From Diplonema japonicum (Eukaryota; Protista; Euglenozoa: Diplonemea): a DNA stretch of 64,000 bases. This document shows positions 29,969 to 40,163 of this stretch, piece by piece. A program made the position numbers and the translations under genes. The stretch is from positions 186,001-250,000 of the forward strand of contig OZ025705.1 of the NCBI GenBank assembly GCA_964019335.1, read 5' to 3'. Position 1 is the first letter of the stretch. The number at the start of each line of letters is the position of its first letter. The notes under the pieces are model-generated. The model made no database searches and was not told the origin of the DNA. It was given only the letters and a program-made list of their open reading frames with translations.

Positions 29969-30114
29969 TTCCTTTTTTTCTTTTTTTTTTTTTTCCCCTC
30001 TTTTTTTTTGTGTCCCCCCTCTTCTATGTGACGTTAAAAAAAAGCCACAAAATAAAAAAATCTTTTTTCATAAAAAAAAAAAAAAAAAAAAAAACTAAAC
30101 ATAAAAAAAACTGA

Positions 30115-31407
30115 TCACAAAGGGGATATATCGGGAGGCGTGGACAGGGAACTCAACTGCACATCGGAAAAGGGCGTCATTGTTAGAAGTAGCGGATTGA
30201 GACAATCATCTAAGTTGACTTCGGGAGACGAAAAGATGGGAGGGGGAGTAGATGGCTGACCAGACGAACCAGAAGGGGGACGCGGGTTTCTAAAAATCCT
30301 GTGAATACCATGTGCTTCTAGGAGCTTAGCCGACACCAATCCCTGTTGATGAAGCTTCTGAAGTGCCCAGAATCGATGATACTTGAAAAGATCTGAGAGC
30401 AACGTCAGGAACCCCGCACCCATACTCATCCCGAGGAATATGAACCCAAACGCTATACTGCGCCCTGCGACAGTGGTGGGGGTGTAGTCACCAAACCCGA
30501 TCGTTGACATTGTGATGAAGGAGTACCAACAAGATGAATAATAAGACCAACCTTCGATTTCCATAAACGCGACGGCCCACAGGGCAATCCAAGCTGTACA
30601 AAAAACCCAAATCGAGAATAGATGGAACAAATTAACGCGGCGTGGGGTTTCTGACATTAAAAGAAACCAAAACGCCAGCCCGACTGGTGCCTTCTCGATG
30701 TTTATGGTGCCGGAATGAGTGGCGGCAAGCTCGGAGAAAACATGTGATGTGATGCGTGTGTCTGGGCTGGATCTTCCCGTTACTTGGCTGACAAGATGGG
30801 TGAAATCGGTGATGGAAAGCTCGGTCCTGCCAGAGTTTGTAAAATCTTCTAGTGTGTTCTCTGCCAATGCCCTCACCTCATCGTTTAGAGTACCGTCGGG
30901 TTTTATGGTAGACGATAGTCTGCGTTTTTTTGACAAAATCGGGATTGGTAGCGTTTTTTTTTTTTTTTTCGCTTCCATTCTCTGTGCTACGCCTTTCATG
31001 ACACCCACGGCGACTAAACCGGCTTCACCCAGGAACAAGCCTATAATGCTTATACCGGGAACTGCGTAGATAGCCGTGAAGACCCTACCATCGTTGGTGT
31101 CAGGGGCAACTGAGCCGTACCCGATAGTGGTGATCACGGTGAGGGAGTAGAACATGCTGCCTGAGAAGCTCCATTTTCTCTCGCCCGGGAAACTGCACAC
31201 CTTCAGGTCGTTGAGGCCTTCCATTTGCTCAGTTGTGAGGTTTAACCGGGCCACCTTGTTCCAGATCTCTGCCGCCCCGTGATTCTCCGCGTCGCTCTCA
31301 ATAAAATACATGCCGATACCCCCGATGACCAGGTACAAGCAGACGGCCACGAAATACCAAAAAAGAAGAAATAGACGCCGTTTTATGGAAATAAAACGCG
31401 AGGCCAT
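30115..31407 (-). CDS. Two-pore-domain potassium channel (K2P)
   Basis: Two pore motifs, TTIGYG and STIGFG, each flanked by TM helices. Confidence 0.93.
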   Translation of the reverse strand: MASRFISIKRRLFLLFWYFVAVCLYLVIGGIGMYFIESDAENHGAAEIWNKVARLNLTTEQMEGLNDLKVCSFPGERKWSFSGSMFYSLTVITTIGYGSVAPDTNDGRVFTAIYAVPGISIIGLFLGEAGLVAVGVMKGVAQRMEAKKKKKTLPIPILSKKRRLSSTIKPDGTLNDEVRALAENTLEDFTNSGRTELSITDFTHLVSQVTGRSSPDTRITSHVFSELAATHSGTINIEKAPVGLAFWFLLMSETPRRVNLFHLFSIWVFCTAWIALWAVAFMEIEGWSYYSSCWYSFITMSTIGFGDYTPTTVAGRSIAFGFIFLGMSMGAGFLTLLSDLFKYHRFWALQKLHQQGLVSAKLLEAHGIHRIFRNPRPPSGSSGQPSTPPPIFSSPEVNLDDCLNPLLLTMTPFSDVQLSSLSTPPDISPL

Positions 31408-31410
31408 TTT

Positions 31411-31445
<35 letters not shown>

Positions 31446-31544
31446 TTTTTATATAAAACTTGGTTTTTTTTTTTTTTGTTTTGTTTTTGTAGGGACCCCA
31501 AAAAAAAAAAGACGTTTTTTTTTTTTTTTTTTTTTTTCTTTTTT

Positions 31545-31964
31545 CTAAGGGCTCACCCCGTAGGGTTTCACTGGGATCCATGGTTTTTTCGTGTGGGGTT
31601 TTCTCCTTGGGGACGGTTCGATATGACCGTGGGGGTTTCTGTGGTGGTCGGTGCAGTAAAATGTGTCCTCCGACTTCAGCTTTGACCCGGAAGGTGTCAA
31701 CAAGTCAATGCTGGTCACCCACGGACCCTCGCTGCTGTGCCTCGGCGGCAGTTCTCGTGTGGGTGTGAACAATTCCTTGGACCACACGTTTCTATTCTTA
31801 TTTCGTATGTATTCGTCAGACGGGAAAGTCCTGCTGGGTTCTTGCTGAGCGCGCTGCTTCTGCAGAACACCTCTCATTCTCCGAGGGTCCACCGCGTAGG
31901 TCTCTTGCAGGCTGAAATCTGCCAAAGAACCTCTTTCGAACTCACGTTCTAGATTTCGGGGCAT
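31545..31964 (-). CDS. Hypothetical protein (139 aa)
   Basis: Coding-like composition, ATG after an A-tract; no family recognised. Confidence 0.6.
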   Translation of the reverse strand: MPRNLEREFERGSLADFSLQETYAVDPRRMRGVLQKQRAQQEPSRTFPSDEYIRNKNRNVWSKELFTPTRELPPRHSSEGPWVTSIDLLTPSGSKLKSEDTFYCTDHHRNPHGHIEPSPRRKPHTKKPWIPVKPYGVSP

Positions 31965-33333
31965 TTCTTTTTTTTTTTTGTATCCCCTCCTTCTTCTTCT
32001 TCTTCTTCTTTTTTTTTTTTTGCAACAAAAAAAAAAAAAAAGACAACATAACGGCTTTGAAATGGTGGGGTGAGGAAAGGGGGGAGACAGGCGACAGGCG
32101 ACAGACACGACGATTTTCCCCCCCCCTTTTTTTTTTGCGAAACGGGGGTAACAAAGAGCCGAGGAGGGGGAGACAAGAGCGGCGAGTTGGTCGAGGAAAG
32201 AGGGAAATGCTTCTAAAAAACCACCACCCCTCCCCCCTTAGCTATGTTGGCAAGGAAACCCGTTTCCAAGCTTTTTTTTTTTTTTTTTTGAAAATAAGTA
32301 TCTGAAAAATAAGGAAACGGATACGGAAACGTCTCCCCGTTTCTTGCCAACATAGCCCCCCCCCCTCCCTCCCTCTTAGTTCTTCTGTCGTTTTTGAAAA
32401 AAAATTCGAACCTCAACAAAAACGCATCACTTTTTTTTTTCTCCCTCTCTTTTTCTTCCCCCCCGGCGGTTACAAAAATGTTGTTCTCTGTTGATTACTT
32501 TTTTCTTTTCTTTTTTTCTTTCTTTCTTTTTTTTTTTTTCCTCTCTTTCCCCCTTGTCATGAGGACCCGATATTCTAGAAAATAAGCGAAATGAATCCCA
32601 AGGCAAACGAATGAAGAAAATAATAAAAGGGACTTTATTTTGTGTACTCTGTGGCTCTGGGCTGCACCACAGGACACTGTAAAGGAGGTGGCACGACAAG
32701 GAGGAAGAGAGAAAAAAAAATAAACAACGAGGGGCTGGCTCTCCCCTTTTTTTTTGCTGGCATTCTCCCAGGGAAAAAAAAAAACGGACGCAAGTTACGA
32801 GTTTAAGAATGGAAAATGTATCACCCCCCCCCCCAGCATAGCTGCTGCTTTGTTCCTGTGGTGATATGCTAAAGTTCAGCGTGTTTTAGTAATGTGAGGA
32901 CTTCGACAGCTGAGATCGCTAAGGAACTATTGCATTTTTTTTTGCCTTTGAAATATTTCAAAACACCACATCCCCCCCTCCCCCCCCCCCCCCCCCCCTC
33001 TTTTTGTACTGTATGTCTCAAAAAGATTTACTTTTTTTTTTCCTTCCCTGGTGTCTTTCCTCACCCCCCCTCCGTCTTCAAGTGACGGGAAAAAAAAAAA
33101 AAAAAAAGCGGTGTACAAAAAAAAAAATTGGTACTGTTCTTTTTTTTATTTTTTTTTTATCGTTTCCCATTCTTAAATGAAAAAAAAGCAACTAAAGGGG
33201 AAGGGGGGGGGGGGAGAGAGAGAATTAAAGAAACAGGCAAAAAAACGCTCCCGTGTTTTAAAAGGGGGGGTGGGGGTTCATATAGATATAACACAAGGAT
33301 AAAAAAAAAAGAAGAAGAAGAAGAAACTTCATG

Positions 33334-33543
33334 TTAACTGATGATTAGAGAGTTGCTACGCACTTTTTTCCGCAGCTTGGCACTTAAGAAACCCCCAAAG
33401 ATGACCAATCCCAGTACACACAACATGGCAAAGACAAACGGGATAAGGATGGTTTCCAACCAATGCTGCACAGAGGACTTGCAAGACTTGTCCTGCGAAT
33501 TAGACTCATCACCACATTGCGTAAGGCAGTACGCCGGGTTCCA

Positions 33544-33582
<39 letters not shown>

Positions 33583-34236
33583 AAGGCACACATACACACA
33601 ACTATTGTCTTCCAAACTTGAATCGTTCAAATTAGTGCTAATCGGTGCCCCGGTCGGGAATGCCCCACAGCACAGTTGCCAACCGCTGCAACGGTAACTT
33701 TCTATTTTTTTTTTTCTTTTCTTTTTTTTTTTTTTTTTTCCCCTCTCAAACATACTCTGCACATCACAAATCAACTGGTCATGACCGGCGACCCTATCCC
33801 GCCAGTTCTGCCCCAGGTCAACACCATTAGCCGCATAGACGATAGACGCAATGGTCAGCCCAAGGATGGCCAGAACCAACCCGATAAGCACCACAACGTA
33901 AAGGACTAAGATGCAAACGGCTCTGCGAGAAAGGGCGAGAAGCCCGATGATGCAGAAGCTGAGGAAGATGCCGCCTATTGCAGTGGCCGCCACTGCGATA
34001 TCCTTGCACGGTTCGCACATTTGAGTGATGGCTGATTTTTCAGCGTACGCCCCGACCACGATCATGGTGATGGCCGCCATCAGCAGGACGACATTCACGA
34101 TTACAAGGCCGTACTGCATGCAGAAGGTGGTGGGGGGTTTCGGGTCTGCTACCCAATCTCCTTGGTCGTCCATCCGGCCGTCTCCCTCTAGCATCGGTGG
34201 GTCGTCCTCCGATCCATACCCGGACCGGTTCGCCAT
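33334..34236 (-). CDS. Tetraspanin (265 aa; introns 33702-33755 and 33545-33595)
   Basis: Three TM helices, CCG motif in the large loop; splicing of two GTATGT..AG introns adds further Cys residues and the fourth TM (ILIPFVFAMLCVLGLVIFGGFL). Confidence 0.85.
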
Positions 34237-34840
34237 TTCAAAGACACTTATTTTGCCGCTTTTTTTTTTTTTTTTTTTCTTTGTCACCCCCCTTCCCAAC
34301 TCCCGCACTGCTCCCCTGAAGGTGTTGTTTTATGTGTGGAATATAGAAGAAAAAAAATATTTAAAAGGGGGGGAACCCTTTACACTACTGGGATGAACAT
34401 GTCATCAATTCCGTCAGACAAAAAAAAAAAAAAAAAAAAAAAACGAGGGGGAAAAAAAAAGGCAAAACTCCCGCTCACCCGCGCCATCAGCTCCTCTTTT
34501 TTTTTTTTTTTTGGAGGTTGGGGTAGAAGCTTTGGAGAAAGGTTTATAATCCGAAAGAAGAAAAAAAAAAAAAAAAAAAACAAGTATACGTTCCTCCTCT
34601 CACTCTCTTCACTCCCACTTTTTTTTGTTTTATTATTTTGTTTAGACACGGGGTCAAAGACTCGTTCCTGCAAGAAAAGAACGAAAACGAGAATAAAAAG
34701 AAGAGTCCTTTTGCTCACTTAATTATTCTATTGTGTATGTGAAAAAAGAAGAGAAGAAAAAAAAAAAAAAAAAAAAAGAAAACCTTCTACCTTCAACATA
34801 TGAAAGGGGGGGACAAGCGGTGTTTTTTCTTCTTTTTTTT

Positions 34841-36919
34841 TTATCCCGACCCGCTAAAAAACCCTTTTCCAACCACCCCTGCTTCTTGTATAAGTTTTGA
34901 ATCGTTCCCGCAGGCGTAGGTGTCGGGAAGACACTGCCTGATCCGACCGGTGGTCTGCGTCCAGTCCTTGCACTTTTTGTCGCTGGACCAAGGGATAGAA
35001 TCGATACTGGCCCCCGTTCTATGCGTGATCTTCTTTGAATAAGTTTGCATGACTGACGCAAAGTACTGACTGTCAAATGTAAACCCGGAGTCGGAAGCAT
35101 GCCCCGAGAGCAGGCGTCCTGCTTGCCGAGCGTTCTCTGTGACCCATTTTGCATATGTCTGGTTTTTGACAACGATGGATAAGGCTGCCTCGAAGTCATG
35201 TAAATCGGAGCTGAACGGAATGTAATGGATCCACGGTTTGAGAAGTTGCGTCCTGACGTCCTTCCACGCACCGCACGACAGGATCACACTGCCGGACTGT
35301 AAAAGCCATGTTGATCTGAATGCAGCGACCACCCCATCAACGAGGAGGATGTACTTAGCTTTGGCTTGCTTTGCCGGTGATAGGAATTTCTGCGAACCTG
35401 TAGGACCCCAACCCCTCCCGCCGCCGATGTCAAGCTGGACCTTCTGCCCGTGCAGGGTGATCTCGCCTTTTTTTTTCTCAGCGTAACATACAAGCCGCTG
35501 TCTGGGGCCCTTCCCCTTGTGATCGCACGCTGTTGAAAACGCACGAAAGAGAACAACATCTGCCTTCTCTTCAAACTTCACCTTTGAAAGCTTTGGGTCG
35601 AAAAAGAAACTGTGGCAGGATCCCGGATGGCGGTTGGGAACGATAATGTCCCGATGCCAACCCGGCACGGTAGACCACGACAGCAGCGGGACAGGTTTTT
35701 TCTCTGGTGTGAACATGTTCCCGACACCCCACTGCGTCCAGGAGTCGATCCATTCCGATGATGGGATGTTCTCTGCTTGATGTGCCTCCCTCAGCAGCGC
35801 ACGCCCTGCTTCAGGCGGCGCTACAAAATTTTCAAAAGCTGGCCCAACACGCGGCTCGTCCAAAGCATTGATCAACATGTAAATAGGAGGGTCGAATGAC
35901 AGCGATGGGTCCGCTTTCAAAGCATGCTCGATCACAAAAACCGAACTTTGAAATATTGAAAACCCCTGCAGCTCATGCTTCCAAGACTGCGGCTTTCCAG
36001 AGGTGTCCCATTCAATAGACCGCCCCGCAATCCTGAGCAGAAAGACAGGGTGGTTCACCCTAGCAAAACTCCGAAGTTCGGTGACGGGGTAGTTCGTCTT
36101 AGGCAGCCCTGTGAACATGCACTGTATGACTTGGTGGTAGTTGAAGGGAAGGGTGTTGTGCTGTGCCGCGTAGGCATCGATGGCTCCGTAGAATTTCTCG
36201 TAGCATGCTGAAGGTATGGTTTGGTCGCCTTCTTGATAATCGAGACATTCTTTGGGGAGCGGGACCTTCAAGGCGGTCTTGTACTGGCAGGGGTTGTCAA
36301 ATCCGTTGTCCGCCTCTTTTTTCCAGAGCTGCAGGGTCTCATCAACGAAACGCTGCTCGGTGGTTGTGAGCTTTGTGTCGCTGTCCAGGGACGAACCGCA
36401 TTTAAAACGCAGAGTTAATTCGTTTTCTCCTTTAGGTCCAGGGTTGCCGCCCAGCACACCAGGGTCAACTTCTAGTTGCAACCTTCCTTTGTGGACATAT
36501 GCATCGACTAGGCCCGAACAGTCATGCTGTCTATTTGACGTTGTCCCATATTTACAGTGGGTGATGTCGGCGATCAAGGGTGAAGCGATGGTGAGAATCT
36601 TCCCTTCCTTTGCCTTGACCTCCATGACAGGGGAGCTGCACTGGTGGATGTGGATGGCTTTTTCGGTGAACTCGTTTGGAGGAGCTTCCGCTTTGTTTAC
36701 GTCTCCAGGAGGAGACGGGGGAGGGCGAGACGCGATAGGTGGAGAGATGGTTTCTGGTTGAGCGGTCGGGCAAGGTCCAACCCTCTCCCGTGTGTTCCCC
36801 ATAGGCAGGCTCATCCCTACAGACAGCCCCAAGCAGACCACCATCACAACCGATCTCCAACCACGTTTCTTGTGCACAGGACCTGTGGTGCTCGCGCCTG
36901 CATTTCTCTGCGCGCTCAT
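34841..36919 (-). CDS. Glycosyltransferase family 90 (CAP10-like), type II membrane protein with a lectin-like insert
   Basis: KYILLVDG..AAFR..WLLQSGSVIL and LKPWIHYIP..SDLHD; N-terminal TM. Confidence 0.85.
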   Translation of the reverse strand: MSAQRNAGASTTGPVHKKRGWRSVVMVVCLGLSVGMSLPMGNTRERVGPCPTAQPETISPPIASRPPPSPPGDVNKAEAPPNEFTEKAIHIHQCSSPVMEVKAKEGKILTIASPLIADITHCKYGTTSNRQHDCSGLVDAYVHKGRLQLEVDPGVLGGNPGPKGENELTLRFKCGSSLDSDTKLTTTEQRFVDETLQLWKKEADNGFDNPCQYKTALKVPLPKECLDYQEGDQTIPSACYEKFYGAIDAYAAQHNTLPFNYHQVIQCMFTGLPKTNYPVTELRSFARVNHPVFLLRIAGRSIEWDTSGKPQSWKHELQGFSIFQSSVFVIEHALKADPSLSFDPPIYMLINALDEPRVGPAFENFVAPPEAGRALLREAHQAENIPSSEWIDSWTQWGVGNMFTPEKKPVPLLSWSTVPGWHRDIIVPNRHPGSCHSFFFDPKLSKVKFEEKADVVLFRAFSTACDHKGKGPRQRLVCYAEKKKGEITLHGQKVQLDIGGGRGWGPTGSQKFLSPAKQAKAKYILLVDGVVAAFRSTWLLQSGSVILSCGAWKDVRTQLLKPWIHYIPFSSDLHDFEAALSIVVKNQTYAKWVTENARQAGRLLSGHASDSGFTFDSQYFASVMQTYSKKITHRTGASIDSIPWSSDKKCKDWTQTTGRIRQCLPDTYACGNDSKLIQEAGVVGKGFFSGSG

Positions 36920-37122
36920 TTATATTAAGAGAAAAGGAAAAGGTGCGTCTTCCTTTTTTTTGTTCTTCTTTTCTCTTTCCCATACTGTGAGGTAGGTATT
37001 ATTATTATTATTTTTTTTTTCCCCATACAGAAAAAAAAAAATTAAAAAAAAATTACTTTTTAGAAGTTACTGCCTTTTTGTCAAAAGGCGACAAAAAAAA
37101 AAAATCTTTTTTTTTTTTTTTC

Positions 37123-37917
37123 CTAGAATGGTGACACGAACGCGTTGTACCAAAAATATACGTGTCGCGAGTTCGGGTTCACACACAAATAACAAAAATT
37201 CTGATTGGGGAATCCAGGGCGCCCGAAGAGCGGTGTTCCAGAGGGCTGTGTAAGGGACGTGACACGATAGATGTGCGAGGCGCACTCTGGCTGAGAAGTG
37301 GTCGGGTTGCGACGAACGCTGACGAGGTCCTTGTAGATACCCTTCACGATGTTGCGGTAGATGGTAAAATCATCTTCGTACTGGCAGAGAGCACCACCAG
37401 AAGCAACCCGATGCAGAACGTGGTAAAGAAATTCGTTTTGTTCATCCTCCGTAAAGAGGCCGGCGTGGTCCGATTCATCTTCACACATTAGAAGCCATCG
37501 CAGTTCGTCGGACACCGTCACCCCCGCATCCAGGAACTGGTCCATCATTTTGGATATCGCTCCGTTTTCTCTTACGATTCCTGCATCTTCGAGCTTCTCA
37601 AACAGATCTAGTTTTGTGAGTGAGCATTCTAATGGTTCAAACTGAGCCTTCACGGTCCCTTTATCTACAGCTATGTGTTCCCCTTTGCTCCCTTTCAGGC
37701 TGATTTCGCTCTTCACGTTCGGATCGTTGAAGAATGCGTTCACGAAGTCCTCCGCCATCCCCCTTCGAAACCCAGTGTCGAAGGAGAAGGTCGCTACCTG
37801 CGAGTGTTCCCACAGGTCCCATTTCCTCAGAAACTCCTCGCCCGTCGTGCTGCCGAAGGTTTCGAGCTTCACATCGATGGGCGTGAACTTCCAGTCGTTC
37901 CTGTCAAGAATCTCCAT
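37123..37917 (-). CDS. CFAP300: Cilia- and flagella-associated protein 300 (C11orf70)
   Basis: FF.DP.V, SDELR.LL, EFLY...GGALCQYED, YKDLVSV. Confidence 0.88.
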   Translation of the reverse strand: MEILDRNDWKFTPIDVKLETFGSTTGEEFLRKWDLWEHSQVATFSFDTGFRRGMAEDFVNAFFNDPNVKSEISLKGSKGEHIAVDKGTVKAQFEPLECSLTKLDLFEKLEDAGIVRENGAISKMMDQFLDAGVTVSDELRWLLMCEDESDHAGLFTEDEQNEFLYHVLHRVASGGALCQYEDDFTIYRNIVKGIYKDLVSVRRNPTTSQPECASHIYRVTSLTQPSGTPLFGRPGFPNQNFCYLCVNPNSRHVYFWYNAFVSPF

Positions 37918-38174
37918 CTTTTTTTTTTTTTTTTTTTTTTCTTCTTCTTCTTTTTTTTCTTTCCCACCTTTTGTGGACCGCGTTGAGAAGAAAGAAAGAA
38001 AAAAAAAAGACGGGAAACAAAAAAAGAAAAAAAATAAAGAGGTAGAAGGAAATCCCTGATCTGGGACGTCCTGTTTGAAAAAAAAAAGAAACGCATATAT
38101 CGAAGATGTGAATGGAAAAAAGGGGGTGGAAATGGAAATCTCCTCCCCGTTCTAAAAAAAAAAAAATATTGCTT

Positions 38175-39147
38175 TCATTGCAAATCCTCTTTTTTCTTCT
38201 GGTGTGGTTTTTTGTACATTTTTTTGCGGAGCGCGAACAAGGGTGGTGGGGCGGTATCGCGAGCACCGTCGACGGCCTTCTGCTGTTGGAGAAGTATGGC
38301 GCTGCGGATGTGGGCCAGTTCGGACGTGACCACCTTGTACTGCTTCTGAAGATGGAACAGGTCCGCGGACGTCTCTGTGAGCTCTAGAGATAAATCTTCC
38401 ACATGCCTCTGCTGCTGTTTCTGGGCCGCCGCGTATCGATATTGTTTCGAAGACTCCTGCACCAGCTGTGTCTCGAGTCGGGAAATCGTAGCTTCAAGCT
38501 CTGCTACCTCCGACCGGTGCTTATTGAATACAGCATCGTTTTGAACGTTCTGAGCATGAACGACAACAGCCTCCATTTCTGTTTTCAATATATTTTCGAA
38601 ATGCATGTGTCCATTTGAAATGGCACCGACGCTGGACCTCCTGCGGTATGTTTGCGTGATGAACTGGCTTTCAAGGATGAGAACGAGCGTCGACCGGAAG
38701 CCGTCCTCCAACGCAGCACGCAGACGCCTTTCCTCTGCAATCGTGTAGTTCAAGACATTGGCCTCCATGGCGGCCACGGTGTCCCTCAGGATCGCCGCCT
38801 CTGCTTTGGCAGCGTCTGCCACAGTGCTGAGCCTTATGTTCTCATCGGATACAGCGTCGTTGGCCTCTCTTAAAGCAGTTGTTTCAGCCAACATTTCCAT
38901 CATGCCGGGTAGGGTGGGCGTTCTCGTCCTCCCCTGAGCACCCGCCCCGCCCACCCTCTCTGTATACTCTACTAGAAAACTGTCCTTTCTTTTCATAGGT
39001 TTCTTGTTTTTCGGGGTATTCGATTCTGAGGGACTTGCCACTGCATTATCTTCAGGTATCTAGGTGGGGGGAGGGGGGTGGTATTTTTTTTTTTCTCCCC
39101 CCTTTTTGTGGTCATACCCCTAGTGTAATGATATCCAATTGTTCCAT
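38175..39147 (-). CDS. Coiled-coil hypothetical protein (304 aa; intron 39060-39117)
   Basis: A GTATGA..TAG intron joins MEQLDIITLG in frame to IPEDNAVASPSES; heptad-like composition. Confidence 0.7.
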
Positions 39148-39154
39148 GTGGTTT

Positions 39155-39186
<32 letters not shown>

Positions 39187-40128
39187 TTTCCCCCTGATTT
39201 TTGAGCGGGGGTAAAGTAAAAAGAAAAAAAAAAAAAAAAATTGTCGTAAAAAAAAAAAAAAGAAATTGAATACAAAACGGTAAAAAAAAATTGGGGGGGG
39301 AAGCTAATAACTGGCAGGGAGGGGAGAGAGAGGCGAAAAAAAAAATGTAAAAGGGGGTGTTTTAATGATTGTTCTTGCCCCCCCCCCCCCCCTTTTTTTA
39401 AATTCTCAGACCCTCGTTTTCTTCTTCTGCGTTTTTCTTTTCTTTTTCGCCCTTTTTTTAAAAAAAACTTATAAGCAATTCTTCCCAATGTTTCATAAGA
39501 AGAACGGAGCAAGCAAAAAGTGAGTATTTCTCTTTTTTTTTTTTTTTTTTATTTTTTTATTTTTTTTTCTTTTTTTTATGAGACTTGAATGAAAGCTGCT
39601 CAGTGACTTAAGCAGCTCCTTCGCACCCCAATAAATTAAAAAGGGGTGATAAAAGGAAGTATAAAATAGTATAAAAGGAACAACATTTTTTTCTTTTTTT
39701 TTTTTTTTGGATGGGTAACATCGCGTAAAACTTGCTATGATTTCTTTGAGGGGGTGGAGAAGAGAGTCAGCAGCAACCCAACGGAAAGAATGAGCGAGAA
39801 ATGTTTACACAGGGTCCTCACCCGTCTCTAGAAGAAGGAAACAGGAAAAAGGGAGGAGGGGGGAAGATAACTATACAAAGCAGAAACAAAACAACACATT
39901 CTCCCCTTTGTTTTTCTCCCATCCCATTCTTTCTTTCAGAACAAAAAAAAGAAAAAAAAAAGCCCCATAAATCTAATTATGGCTTTTTTTTTAAAAAACT
40001 TTTCCCTTATACAAACAAAAAACCTCCAAAGGGGGATGGGGGGGGGTGTGAAAATATAGGCTCATGTGCCTCTCGTCAGCTTAACGCTACCAAAAGCAGT
40101 TTCTTTTTTTCTTCTCTTCCCCCCCAAC

Positions 40129-40157
<29 letters not shown>

Positions 40158-40163
<6 letters not shown>

